DNA of 64,000 nucleotides from Chrysomallon squamiferum (taxonomy: Eukaryota; Animalia; Mollusca), in the NCBI GenBank assembly GCA_012295275.1, contig CM022669.1, positions 17,298,001-17,362,000 of the forward strand, in the 5' to 3' direction. Shown here piece by piece: positions 27,866 to 41,440 of the stretch. A program made the position numbers and the translations under genes. The notes below the pieces were generated by a model, which did not search any database, was not told where the DNA came from, and worked only from the letters and a program-made list of their open reading frames with translations. How positions within the stretch are numbered: position 1 is the first letter of the stretch; each line of letters starts with the position of its first letter.

Positions 27866-30800
27866 CTGAAAAATACATTATATACTCATCTGTGAAAAAA
27901 AGTTTGGCATACTACCTTCACTTCTGAAAGAAAGAAAGAATGAAACAATGAAAAAAAGAAAAAAAATGGAAAAAAATGAATAAATTGTGTCAAAAAAGAA
28001 GACATTTCTTTTATGCTTGTTGCCTAGACCATTGAAAACAGACAAAAATAATTCCAACTCACCAAGCTGAATGACGAATGATGTTAATAAAATGATTTTA
28101 AAAATAATTATATGAATCTAATAATTTAAGACATCCTGTTCATAAATTGTATTTGTTCAAATCTTATGCTTACTAACATTACCCTCTATATCATTATATA
28201 AATTAACTATTCAAATAGGTAAGGAAATCTACAGATCCAAAAATGAATAGTTGGCTTAGAAAATGAAATTTAAAATCAGTTAAATTCTTTTATTCTTTTT
28301 ATAAAAAGAAAAATAACGACTGGGCATCTAATAATGATGAAAAAAAGTTTTATGTTTGTAAAATATTTAAAGAATCGTTTCACTTACAAGAAAGTCAAAA
28401 ATACTTTCTTTTTATATTGTCTTACATCATCACAATATACGAAAGTCAGGCTCAACCCATACATTCATGCATGGAGTTAACAGTAAGCACTAATAACCTC
28501 TAGAATGCATAATACATACAAAACTGAAAAACAATTACATATGCTGACAAAATATTTAATTTTACCTGAAATTTTTCACCAAAATGCAGTGTGCCTAGAG
28601 TCTGTAAAATCATCAGTGTAAGACAAAAATACAAATAAAACTATAATATTAGTCTTTAGAAATAATTTCTTAAAAATAAGTACCAACAGTCATGATTTTC
28701 ATTTAGGAAATTTAGTTTTAAACATTTTAATGTAGATTATTAAAAAAAATACCAGTAAGAAAATATTACTAATATTTGCTTAATTTAATTATGCAGTAAT
28801 TAAAATATTCTACCTGTTATTTGTTTTCAAATATTAGTGAAATACCATTTTAAGAAAATATTATAATAATTAAAAATAAAAGAAGCCACAAGTATAAGAA
28901 TGACTTGTATTTATAATTAATATAACAGCTTTAAATTATTTTATAATAAAAGATTTAATCACTAATACATTAAATAGATTTTAAAAGAAAATTAATTTAA
29001 TTTATTAATAAAGATGTGCACATTAAAAGTTGAAAAATATTTTTTAAACATTCAAAAGTTCTTAAGGCCTTATTTGATCATTTAAAAATAAACAACCAAT
29101 TACATTAATAAGTTCAATTTTGACCAAATTTTTCTGAACAGACATTAAATTAAAGTTTACTTAATAAACTGCATGGGATCAGCCAATTACATTTAAATTA
29201 CCATCATCTTTCATTATCAAAGCTAACTACCAGATGAGAACACAAAATGAGAATTAACTAATGTTTTTCACATTCTAATTGTGATTTCATTGTGTTTCTA
29301 TATGGAAAAGGACAAATAAAATAATTTCTCAGAAATACTTCAGACAACATGGGTTTGTGAAATTGTGAAGAAGAACAAGTTTATTAAGTAAATCAGAGTT
29401 TATTTACATGGGGTGTTCCTACTGCTGCCTGTTACAAATAAAGTAGATGCATATCACTGCTTAACTGAATGTATTCAGTACACTGGCCATCAGCTGAATA
29501 ATTCATCCAGTCAACAGTCAGTATTGTAGAAGATAAAAAAAGAAAAGAATTTGACTGATACCTTTATTGCCAGTTCATGTCAAGACTTACTTATAAACTC
29601 TGTGTATATGTATCTGTGTGTGTGTGTGTGTGTGTGTGAACATTTTTCAAAAATAAATTTTATTTTCAGAATGTTGTTATACACTAAAACATATACTGAA
29701 ATTATGTTGGTGTGTTCATGTATATTTTCTTCAAGTTCATGACAATATTAAGTGCTGCCAAATTGTGAGACATCAGTAAGGATTTATTGTAATTTCACGA
29801 ATGATGCAGTGGACCTAGAGGAAATGTCAGGGAAATCCTTTCAAGACATTTCTAATTATACGAGCAATGATGAGTTCATCTCACGCAGTATCAACTGTAA
29901 TTCATGTCTGATCAGTTGAAGAAAAAACAAAATATTCTGTTTATATCATTCAACTTCAATTATACGTAAAAATTTCTTTTCTGAAGTCTAAAATTAAATA
30001 ATTTAATGATTTTTGTTGTTTCTCTGTTCTCAGCTGTTTATGTTTGTATTTTTTGGGGGATATTATTTATTTATTAACACTTTTTTTTATTTTTTTTTTT
30101 TTTTTTTGAAGTATTTTATTTATAACACAACTATTTGATTTCAAGTGACTCAGTTTAACATTCATTTAATTAAATTGCTTTAATTTCTATTAAATATAAA
30201 AATTATATAAAAAAAAACAATTTTTAACTTTTCCTAAAAATAGAACCAAAATTCAGACTAAATTTGGTTTTTTCTTTCATTTTTATTATTATCCTTAAAG
30301 TCATTTAAAATAAAATGACCCAAAATATTTACAACACAAAGTAAATAAACAAAATGTTCAACAATATCTAATGTAGAAAGGTGCAACAATTATATATGAA
30401 GGTGCAGGACAAAATTTAAAAAAAATAAAATAAAATACTTAGAAAGAAAGACAAATATATAAATAAAATTTTCAAAATGAAACACAGAAAAAAAGAAAAA
30501 AATTTGAACATATACTCTGCATGTGCCTCTAATTATTTCTATTGAAGAAAAGATTATAAGCCTCAGTAAAACATTAACATTTAAAAAAAAATAATATACT
30601 TCTGTTTCTAAACATTACAGTTTGTCTACTGATAAATTTTAAAACAGATAATAAAATAAACTTTTTAAAAAAATTTGATAATAAAAAAAATATAAAACAC
30701 TGAGATAACAAATTTGTATTATTTCATTTCTGTAGTGCATTTTGTGATAAATTTAAGCAGTTTAATGAATAAACAAAACTAATACTGAATGTAACCAAAA

Positions 30801-32864
30801 TAATGTTGGGCATGTAACAAAGAAAGCCATTAGCATTGTTTTAATGACAGGACAGTAAGTTAACCACCAGAAACCCAGTGAATGAAATAATCTAAATTTA
30901 ACACTATCTCTTAATCGCATCGACCGACTGAGTTTCTTTACAAAACAATACCACGCAGCTGTGGATTAAAAACAAAGCTATTAAATATTAATGATTGCAA
31001 AATAAAGCCTCCATTTATAGCCAATCAATAAGAATTTTTAGTTTCTTGATGCCGCTGCCATTTCCTGATTGCAAAAAACAGCTGCACGCAATTCACAAAC
31101 TTAGTTAATCAACTGGAAAAAAGAGATCAAGTATGGCTGACACCTTACTTTAATTATCTCCCCTGTCAGCATCTCCATCAGAATGTCGATCGTGATCTGA
31201 ATAAGCCTGATGAATACTTGCCAGTAAAGACAATGGCCTAATGACACGGTGGGAAACAGCATTGCTCAGATAAATAAACCTTCATTCAATTGAAGCGCTT
31301 GGTTTCCTTTATTATCCAGCTATTTGACTGACTCAAGGGAGGCAAATACCTCTCAATAACGTCCTCCTCTGGCATTTAATTTCTACACCAGCTGAGTTTA
31401 AGGGTAATAGATTGCCATCAAGAGGGTTAAAAGGTTTCAGTGAGTACAGTGTATCTTCTGGTTCTAATTTAGTTTCATTAACTGTAATCAAAGACCAAAG
31501 AGCAAAGGTTGTGTTCATTGCTGTATGTTAAATAAATTCAGTGTTTAGATCATAAATAATAGCACTAAGTCTAATGGCTTTATTTCTTATATTTTGAAAG
31601 AATTTTTTTTATTATTAAAACAACTATATGGTCACTTCTGCCCTAGGTATATCCATTATTATTTTCAGAAAGTATCCACAGTAACAATATCTATCCCTAT
31701 GATAAAAACAAGTGGTTATGCTGCACTGGAATGTTATTCTAATCATAAAATTATGCAACATTTTGGCTATTTTTATGTGCTGTAAAATCTGCCACATGTA
31801 CCACAATATTAATCAAAATGGCTGGATCTGACAATCTGAAATTAAACAAGAGCAGATGGAATCCATTATGTATCCCAGAGTTAATTCTGCAAAAAATAAA
31901 ATCAGCAGGCAATATATCAAAGTCCAAAAAAAAAAATACAATAATAATAAATAAAATTATTTAAAAAAAAAAAAAAAAAAAAATCACAAGAAAATGCAGA
32001 ACAAAAAAAAAAAAAAAATTTTAAATTTAAAAAAAAAAAAATCTGTTCTCTTAGTGTAAGATCTGTTTGTTGAGAAAATGTATGGGGAGACACAAATAAT
32101 AGAAACAGTCTGAAAAGGAGTGTAACAGCTCACAAGTGGCATAATGTTGGAGAGGTATGTCCATTAGAATTTAGACCAACAGGCTGAAGATCCTTTAAGT
32201 TAAATCTTCAATAAGACATATTTCAAAACACTGCCAGACAAGTGGGATCAAATACCGCAGTAAAAAACATATTTTTCAGTCATAAAAATACTTTTACTAA
32301 ATGGCTAGTCAGTGTATCAGCCAACATCTTGGACAAAAAACACATGATTTTGAATGTTGCATTTAATTTTTTTTTTTTTTTTTAATAATTTCTGTTTCAG
32401 AAGACTGATTAGCTGTGATAACTTATTTATATTATTGTTATTTATTTAATTTGTTTTGTTTGTTTAATAAAATAATCTTTAAGATATTGCTATATGTTCT
32501 GAGTAACTGACACAATCAAATCAGATCATCATAGATACCAGCAGATTAACATAATCCTATTATCAACAGTTTATGACCTGTGCAAAACATTTAATAAACT
32601 CCATTTAGCAGATTACTGTTTGTGCCAAAGGATTAGTATAATCCTATTCCTATTATTAAAGTGAAATAAAGAAAGCACTGTAAAGGACAATCACAACAAA
32701 CTGGCAAGCACATATGTAATTAAATCTAGTAACTATATCAACAACTGTCATGCAGACTTGATTTAAAAGTGCTGTGTGTATACAATCATGCAGTTAAAAT
32801 TTCACTACAAAAGGGACAAATATCTATGTTAAAGCCACAACACAACACTTTAGGAACCACTTAC

Positions 32865-32870
32865 CGAAGC
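32865..32870 (-). CDS. APBA: Candidate 6-nt microexon GCTTCG (Ala-Ser) within the PTB domain
   Basis: Minus strand reads ctgactttgtttctctgcattcatag|GCTTCG|gtaagt. Phase 0-0 matches the host intron. Consensus donor, pyrimidine tract with TGC, two TGCATG motifs downstream. Confidence 0.7.
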
Positions 32871-33865
32871 CTATGAATGCAGAGAAACAAAGTCAGACAG
32901 TTATTGTTAAGAAAAGATTTTGATTTTGTACATTAAAAAAAATAATAATAATAAAAAAAAAAATTTCTTCCCAAACAATGTTGTCAGTTCAAATTGAGCA
33001 ATAAAAATTTGACATTTATAAGATTATTCAGCTCTCTGGAAAGTTTAAAAAGAATCCACTTTGAACCAACCACAGCAAAATTTACTGAAACTCTGGAATA
33101 ATCCCCTAATGGATTTTTCCAACACTTTTAACAGGACCTGTTTTCAAAACATTAACAAAATGTGAGTGTGGTACATATTATTTATTTATTTAATACAACT
33201 TAGAAGATACATACAAAAGATTTCTTTCTAAAAAATTTACACTATTAATTCTTTTCAATCATTAGTAAACAAAAATATTTTTACCAGATAATTAAAATAA
33301 ATAATATTAATCATATTTTGTAATTAGCATAAAAAAAAAAGTGGGAATTTGAAATCTCCACTACCATTTTAGTTTTATTTGTATGTATATGTGTAGTATG
33401 TATGTATGTATTGTATTATTTATGGCAACATTGTCAAATGAGTTGAGCAGCACCTGCTGGAATGGTAAATATGTTAACAAAAGAGATTAATTTTCTTTGC
33501 TTTACACTTCAGCTCAAGGCAACCAAAATATTTAATATCACACTATTCACAGGATATATAAAATAAAGCCAATAATAAATCAATAGGCAAAGTGTCAAAT
33601 CTATTTCCCATATGCCAGATATATATTTTTTTTTAACTGGATGATTAATGTCACCATTTATAACCTGTCCCAGGCACTTCCCTATATGTCTAAAAATACT
33701 TAGATCAATTTGAGAATACATAAATATATATATATATTAGACAAACAGAAGTGTGATATTATAAAATTATGCTATTGTGTTACATTATTACTATAGATTC
33801 TTTTATTTTCTTTTTTTATTATTATTTTTTTTTGTCACTGAAAACCTGTTCTTTGATGTTTTCCA

Positions 33866-34095
33866 TGAATGAATGAAAGCAAGCAAGAATGAATATAAAG
33901 CCAACTCAACATATTTTTATACAACTGATTATTAGATTGAGATTTTTTTTTGATGTCTTGTCCTGACAGAAAACCACACTTCTACTCCATGGGTTACTCA
34001 TATTTATTTAACAGCATGAGATATTTTACACTCAACTTTCCAAATGCCACAGAAAGCACAAACTAAGCTCATCTGTATAAAGAGAACTGGGCTGG
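33866..34095 (-). mobile_element. Degenerate SINE remnant
   Basis: (GAAT)n-type tail followed by GAAAACC...CATGGGTTACTC...AACAGCATGAGATATTTTA. This resembles the core of molluscan SINEs as recalled; not verified by search. Confidence 0.4.
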
Positions 34096-35539
34096 ATTCA
34101 TAAAATAAGTTCTGCATCCTTTTATCAGATACATTCAAGCACGCCTGATATGGACCTAATTGTTAAAAGTTGGTTTGAAAGTTGTTGTTTTTTTCCATAG
34201 CATAAGATCTGCCTGAATAGATAGATATAAACTAAAGATGCAACCAGGAAAACTACCTTATCTTATAATTACCAAATAATAAACCATTTTCCAGTACTGA
34301 AGAAATTCAATCCTCTAAACAACACATTTTCTTTTGATTAAGAACTGACAGTGGCAAGGGAAACAGAAGTTGAAAGAAAGAGTGAGAGATGGGGAGAGAA
34401 GATGAGAGAAAAAAGAGACTTCAGTATCCCATATAATATACATATTGTTAAAAGTTGAGAGAGAGAGAATGAGAGAGAGGGGAAAACACCAAAAGAAAAA
34501 CAATCCACAAATTCTCCAACTGAGGGCAAAACTAAGAATCTACTTCTCAAGGCAAACAAAGACCAGCTTTATTGCTATTGGAGTGTTCAGTGATTTTACT
34601 TAATTTTGTCCTCTTTTTTTTAAATAACTCAAGAGACTGAGGATCGAGTAAGCAGTGATCAGAAAAACAAATTTATAATTCTAAGCATGAAAGCACATAA
34701 TTCTTTTCAACCATAAAATCACATAATATAAATGTTAGCTCAGCTGCCTGCTATAATCTAATTTGCTGAACGGATGTATTTTTCTAAATGTACAGATATC
34801 TTAGCTTTCAGGTATCACTAAATAATCATTAATATTGTATAGTGAAGCATAAAAATAAATGTCTAAATTGCAAATTTCCATTTTATTCTGCTTTATTGTA
34901 AATTACTTGCCTTCATTTGCTGTGTCAGTGAAATAAATAATAGAACTTTTTATACCATTGTAGTGAATATTGTAATTTCCTTTTCAAAAATGTTCTTTTT
35001 TATTACTTTCTTTTTAATATTTGAAAGGCTTGGAATGTGTGGATAAATAAATGAATATATGGATGGATGGATAATTTATGGATCAACATTAATTTCACTC
35101 TCTTAGAGACTAAAGAAATATGTATTACTTCAGAAAATAATCAAGACTCATTTTTCAACTTTATTTTTTTTTTAATTATTTTTTTTTTAAATTAATGAAT
35201 TTTCAAAAGTAGATTCAGTTTTAATTATTATTTTATTAACTGAGTATAATTAAAAGGGAATCATTAAAAGAAAAAAAAAAAACCAACATTTTGCCAGAAA
35301 GATGAAAGAGAAAGCCCTTTGATAATTTTCTTATCGTTAAGATTTATGTGCTACAATCAATCCTTTAATGACTTTGATGTATTTGCAATTTCCTTTACTC
35401 GGAAACAAAACTGTCTCAATAAAATATCTTATTCAGCAATGAAACTGTTACCTACGGTGTATCATGTCATTAACCTGTATGCAGTATTATGGCTAATAAA
35501 GGGATATAACGGTAAAAATAGGCCACAGAAATTTTTGCT

Positions 35540-36360
35540 GAATTTAAAAGGAAATCTACTGATAGAAGTAAAAATCCTATCACTACCCCCACAATCATCA
35601 AGAGAAACTTGGTGCTCTACCACTGAAAGAAAAATGGGGAAAAAGAAAAAGAAAAGAAATTAGATCCTGACATTTTCTTTAGAGGTTAAAAAACAAAACT
35701 GAAAAACAGACCATCAATTACTCTACACTATTTAAAAGAAGTCTAGTGATAAAATAGTCTCAAGAATCAAACTGAAATTTAACTGTAATACAGGCCGTCT
35801 TACTGTAGTTGTTAAAAAGAATTCTAATGGTAACTGGTACAATTATGTTGAGATTAAAAAAAAAATCTAATGATAAAATGGTGACAAAACAAACCATTAT
35901 GTTGAATTTAAAGCCAATTTAATGCTAAAGCAGATAGTATCATTATCTTGTTTGTAAGAAATTAAATGAAAAAAAAAGTCCAAGAGTAAGATTAAAAGAA
36001 ATCTAATGGTAAAATAATCCTACCATTAGTTTGAGTTTAAAAGAAATCAAATTGTAAAATAGTTCATTATGTTCATTAACTAAATTAAAATAAATCCTAT
36101 CATTATACTGAGTTTAGAAGAAATCAGATAGCAAGTCTTATCATTGTTAACATTAAAAGAAATCTAGTGATAAAATAGTGCTATCATTATGCCAATTTTA
36201 AAAATTCAAATTATAAAATTATGTTAGTTTCAATCAACTTTAATTCTAAGCAAGTCCAGGGACTATGCTGAGTTTACAAGATATCTAATGACAAAAGTCT
36301 AAACGTTGTTAAGATTAACAGAAATACTTGACCATGGTTCAGTTGAAAGAAATTATGTTT
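35540..36360. repeat. Degenerate minisatellite, unit about 40-48 bp
   Basis: Recurrent TTAAAAGAAATCTAATGATAAAATAGTCCTATCATTATGTTGAG-like units (e.g. near 35731, 35812, 35992, 36037, 36153). Confidence 0.75.
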
Positions 36361-36659
36361 CTGAAATATTTGCAAATACTGCTGAATGTTTTAATCACTC
36401 AACTAAATGTTTGCCCATGCTGATACCAATGTCAGACAGAGTATTTCATCTCTCGGCTTATTAATCTGAGAGAAAGTTTCTCTCCAAATACAACAGACCA
36501 ATATTGATCAAGTAAAAAGAACAATGAGTTAATCCAATGGAAAGATGCAGGCTCACTGTGTATTTGTTAAGTTATGAAAAGACGATTATGGTGGGCTAAC
36601 GACATCCCAGAAAAGTGCAAGAGAAGCATAACTCTTGTGTTACAGTTATACATAGTATT

Positions 36660-36662
<3 letters not shown>

Positions 36663-36708
<46 letters not shown>

Positions 36709-36730
36709 ATTAATTAATTAATTAATTAAT
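36663..36730. repeat. (TAAA)n-(TAAT)n compound microsatellite
   Basis: Directly visible. Confidence 0.9.
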
Positions 36731-37419
36731 CAACAACTTCTGGGTGTGGCTTGTTTTTAATTTCATTTGTTGCCTCTGTTTTTGAAGTTTTGGGAACTGT
36801 GAGGAAGGACTGTGCTACTGATGTTACTATTAAAATTAATAAAGTGTTTAAGGTTGTATCAAAATACTTGCTAATATTAAACCTCAGAAAATACTAAATC
36901 TATCAAGAAATCTGCTGTATCTATGAACTGAGAAAGTATTGCCATGCTAGACTGTACACGATGCTGTCTCTTTCTGCAGCCATAATCAATGAGTCTGTAT
37001 TTTCTTTCCCAGACAATTTTAGTTCAGACATAAGAAGATTAGTAAGAAAGTAACTATAGTGACTCCATCAGCTCTAAGCTGGAGCTGGTACAAGTATTCA
37101 AACCCTGTTTTCATTCTGGAATTAAACAAATTTTATAAAATTGTTTAAAGATTTTCAGGAACTGTCTGATGGTTCCATTTCTTCAAGAATTATACCAACA
37201 GGCCAAAACAGCTTATATCAGTTTGATTGGTAGGGGAAATTTCCAGAATCTGTTTTATTGAACAAAATGCGAACTGAATGAATAGGAAGATAATGGCATA
37301 CTGATCAAATATGTAAGTGATCAAAACATGTTTATTTTTGTAGGAAAAGACTATAGCATCCATCCAGAAATATTGCTCTGTCATCTTAAAAGAAATATAA
37401 TACAAAATAAGAAATTAAA

Positions 37420-37895
37420 TTATGTTAATTCAGCTTTAACAACTATATAACTTTGCTAAAATTATTTTAGTTCAGCCTGCAGGATGTATATCTATTATTA
37501 TTTCATTTAGCCTATATAACTTATTATTTTTATTCAGTAACTTTGTTATTTTTATTCAGCATGCACAATGAAGAACATTTATTATTTTAATTCAGCCATT
37601 ATAATGTGCAACTTTGTTATCATTATTTTAATTCAGTCCATTATAATGTGCAACTTTGTTATCATTATTTTAATTCAGCCTTTACAATGTGCAACTTTGT
37701 TATCATTATTTTAATTCAGTCTATGCAATGTGTAACTTTGTTATTATTTTAATTCAGCCTGTAGTATGCTTAGCTTTGTTATTATTATTTATATTATTAT
37801 TATTATTACTATTATTATTATAATTCAACCAGTACAATCTGTAACTTTATTATTATTTCCATTCAGATGGTCTAATGTGTAACTTAGTTATTATT
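37420..37895. repeat. Minisatellite, unit about 38-42 bp, roughly 11-12 diverged copies
   Basis: Recurrent unit TTATTTTAATTCAGCCATTATAATGTGCAACTTTGTTATCA; best-preserved copies at 37580-37760. Confidence 0.9.
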
Positions 37896-38641
37896 TCTAA
37901 TAGTTTCTCTGTTCCTTTTCAGTCAACATCATTTTCTTTTTATTATTATTTTTAGTTTTGGTATTTTTTTTTTAATTGTATTATTTTTTTTAAACCAATA
38001 ATGTTTTGAAATAAAATAACTGCAATGGATCTTCATAAATAACGGTTATTTTATTCAATTACATTGACAATATTATTTGGTTTATCCTTAAGCACAACCT
38101 TTTACCACGGGAATCATTGTAACTAATAAAAATGCAACTACACCATTATTTTGTTCATTGAAATTATTTTATTGAACTTATTATGACAAACCATCCAATA
38201 AAGTGACAAGCAAATATTTGTTTGGAACATGTCAAAAAATATATTTTAATTTAATTTTAATTAAGCAGAAATTTTAATTGATGATACTTTTACATTTATG
38301 AAGCATTCTATGGCCAGTGTCATCATTTTATAAACTGCTGTTCTTACTAAAAACTTGTATTAGTTGAATCAACAGTTAACTGTAACCTTTAAGTAATCAC
38401 ATGGAAATTTAGAATTGTATGAGAATGTGTAATTTATAAGGGGGAAAAAAAAAAAAAAAGGAAAAAAAAATAAAAAAATGCAGGAAAATGTGCTTGTGGA
38501 TCAATCTGCTGAAAAGAATTTGAAATCCCAAAGTCAAAGTGTCAGTAGCAACCAATTACACAGCATGCAACCGCTACAACCTCTGAAATCACTCAGTATG
38601 ATCAAATGCACAACCAAGATTCTATTTTATAGTTATTATCA

Positions 38642-38653
38642 TATTTATTTATT

Positions 38654-38734
<81 letters not shown>
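38642..38734. repeat. (TTTA)n-(TTA)n microsatellite
   Basis: Directly visible; produces the poly-L of ORF 38478..38741. Confidence 0.95.
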
Positions 38735-38851
38735 TAAGTAAATAAAAACAAATTCTCATATTAATAACATGAATAAAAAAATAATCTCTATATAAAAAAG
38801 AATTATCTTAACTAATGGCAATGGAAGCTCAAATATAATAAAAGAAAAAAC

Positions 38852-38882
<31 letters not shown>

Positions 38883-39124
38883 TTCTTCAAAAAACCCACA
38901 TAATTGTGACTGTTTTTTTTTTTTTTATTTTTTTTTTTTTTTTTTTTAGTAATTTTAGTAATAGTTGTTGTAGAAGTAGTAGTTGTGGTAACAGTGGTAG
39001 TGGTAACAAATAGTAAATAATAATAGTAATAGTAGTAATAACAGTGATGGTTTAAATAATAATAATAGTAATAATAATAATAACAACAACAACAAGGATA
39101 ACAACAATAACAACATTATCTTAC

Positions 39125-39276
39125 TTTTATTCTTCCTACTGCTTCTTGTGCCTGCATCATGCGCATGGCTTTAGATGGCTGTCCCTCAGACACAAGCTGG
39201 GTGGATCCCAGATAGCGAGCACGGAACAGAACCCCTTCTATGAGAACTTCAGGATTATCAGGGTCACGAACATGTA
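39125..39276 (-). CDS. APBA: APBA PTB domain exon 1 ([51 protein letters not shown])
   Basis: Acceptor tctttccacag, donor AAA|GTAAGA. 152 nt, phase 1 to 0. Carries the X11 PTB signatures YLGSTQL and RMMQAQEAV. Confidence 0.96.
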
Positions 39277-41125
39277 CTGTGGAAAGACAATGACCATAGT
39301 AAAAAGTACACAAGAGGAGAAAACAGAAATTTATCATCTTAGGATAAAATAAAGCATCTATATAAATAAATTTACAAAATTAAGCATAATAGTTTTGAAC
39401 AGATTATTTCTATTTTTGGAGGGGCAAGATCATTGTGAAAATTATTCTGATGGTAATATGGTGTCAGTATTGTTTTGGGGTGTCTGTAGTGTTAAAATGA
39501 ATACACATATTTATATGACTCTGATTTCATGTGTTTTCATGTGATGTCATGTGATGTCTTTACGTGACTGTTTAGCTTATGAATGCATGTTTTTATGAAT
39601 TGGTGCATGATGACTGTTTTAAGGATGACTGCATGTTTTTTTACATTTGAGTGGAAAGCATTGATATATATGAATATCTGAATATAAACAGCATGTGTGT
39701 TTGTGTGCATTTACATGCATCCATACATATATAAACATTAAATATTAAATAATTAGCATTGGTCTAAAATATTTCGCAGTTAAAAATCATCCAAATAAAC
39801 AGAATTAATTCTCTTACATGTTTTATGAATTAAAGATGATTTTCATTTGTTTGTTATTTTATTTTTATCATTAGTGTTTGTTTTGTTTTTTTGTTTGTTT
39901 TTTTCATAAAAGAACATTTTATTGTTATATGAGCTATAAACAAATTCTTAGATTTGACCTTTTCTTTGTTTTTATTCTTATTTTTGGGATGAACACATTA
40001 AAAATAAAACTTTATTAGAGCAAATTTTCACCAAATATACATTCAGTATAAAATTTGTAAAGGAATTTGTAATTTTTATTGTTTTTTTTTTTTTTTTTTT
40101 TTTTTTTTTTGTTCTAAATTTTGAATTTGATCAAACTCTGGAGACCACACTAAGCATTGTTTGGAATACTTGATTACCCAGAGGGGATATCAAGTGTTAC
40201 GAAACTCAGTAATGGATAAATCAGTAAATTTGTTTACCATAACAAAGTAAATCTTCTGAATATAAAAAACAATAACAAAGCCAAGGGCCCAATGACATTC
40301 ATAATTAACGATAATAGAGATTGAAGTATTTTCATGGAAATTTGGCTTATCAATAATTTCAGATTACCTGCTGGGTTTTTTATTTTCACAACTTACAGTG
40401 TTGTTTGTTCAATGAGACAAATCGATGTAAGGTGGAAATGAAATAACAGTAGAATCTATAATTGTCTGAATGGATGGATAGATAGCATGTTAAAAAGTGA
40501 ATGAACTGCAGATAGAGACAGAAAGACGAAGAAGAAGAAAAAAAAACCTGTCAAAATACATTTCCTGCACCATTTATACAATACAATTCAATTCACAGAT
40601 ATTGAAATTTAAATTCAGTTACTTCATGCAAAAGCAAAAATAGCATTTAGAAAGGACTCTGGCGTCAATATTTTTCAAACATCAGAAAATATTTTTATAA
40701 CGTTTAACATAAACATATTAAGAAAGATATTCAAGCTAAATTTTAATCTTACATCTTCAACTATTAAATGATCAAGTAAAGCATTTTCATACGGACATTC
40801 TTTTTAAATGATATAACTAATTATAAATATAAAACGGTTCTTATATTAATATCACATGTACTCAAGTCACATCAATTGCTGTTTTTGGAACAGCATTTCC
40901 ATGTGATTACCATATAAAAATTTATATAATTCAATAAATCTTTAAAATGAAAATTTTGTATCATAATTTATAGTTTACAACCAATATATTAATATTTGAA
41001 AATACTGCAGTTTATAAAACTGTTACCATGACAATTTTGCTTAATACTAATATCATATAAATATTCTTTCTGTGACAACCTATGGCTAACTAATTACTGT
41101 AAATGAAGAGTTTATTTAAATAGAA

Positions 41126-41440
41126 CAGGTACTGGACCAATTATCCAGCATCCTGAAATCCTGAAACCCCCAACGCTATTTTCATAGTTCATGCACACAA
41201 GTATTATCCTCACCAGACCGGAACTACTCTTTCAAGCCACATGGCATTCATTCACTTGGCACACTGGTTACGTGGCGAGTCGCCACAGTTGTGTATAGTG
41301 AATTTTCTTTGTTTTTAATTTTAAAATGTTTATGCCTAATTATTTACATATTTAGATGCCTTGGTACAAGAAAACCGGAAAATCCAGAAATCCGCAATGC
41401 CTCAGGCCCCAAGGAATCCAGATAATTGGTCCGGTACCTG
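41126..41440. mobile_element. Non-autonomous DNA transposon (MITE), Tc1/mariner-pogo (Tigger)-like
   Basis: Terminal inverted repeats CAGGTACTGGACCAATTATC...GATAATTGGTCCGGTACCTG (19/20 match). Subterminal GAAATCC repeats, 315 bp, no ORF. Flanked by AA/AA rather than a clean TA. Confidence 0.8.

Noticed and set aside
37420-37895. Regularly spaced repeats superficially like a CRISPR array
   Set aside because: Whole units are homologous (no unique spacers), there are no cas genes, and the context is a eukaryotic intron. It is an ordinary minisatellite.
38478-38741. 87-aa ORF with poly-Leu; similar F/L/K-rich short ORFs elsewhere
   Set aside because: Produced by (TTA)n and poly-A/T tracts, with no splice or homology support.
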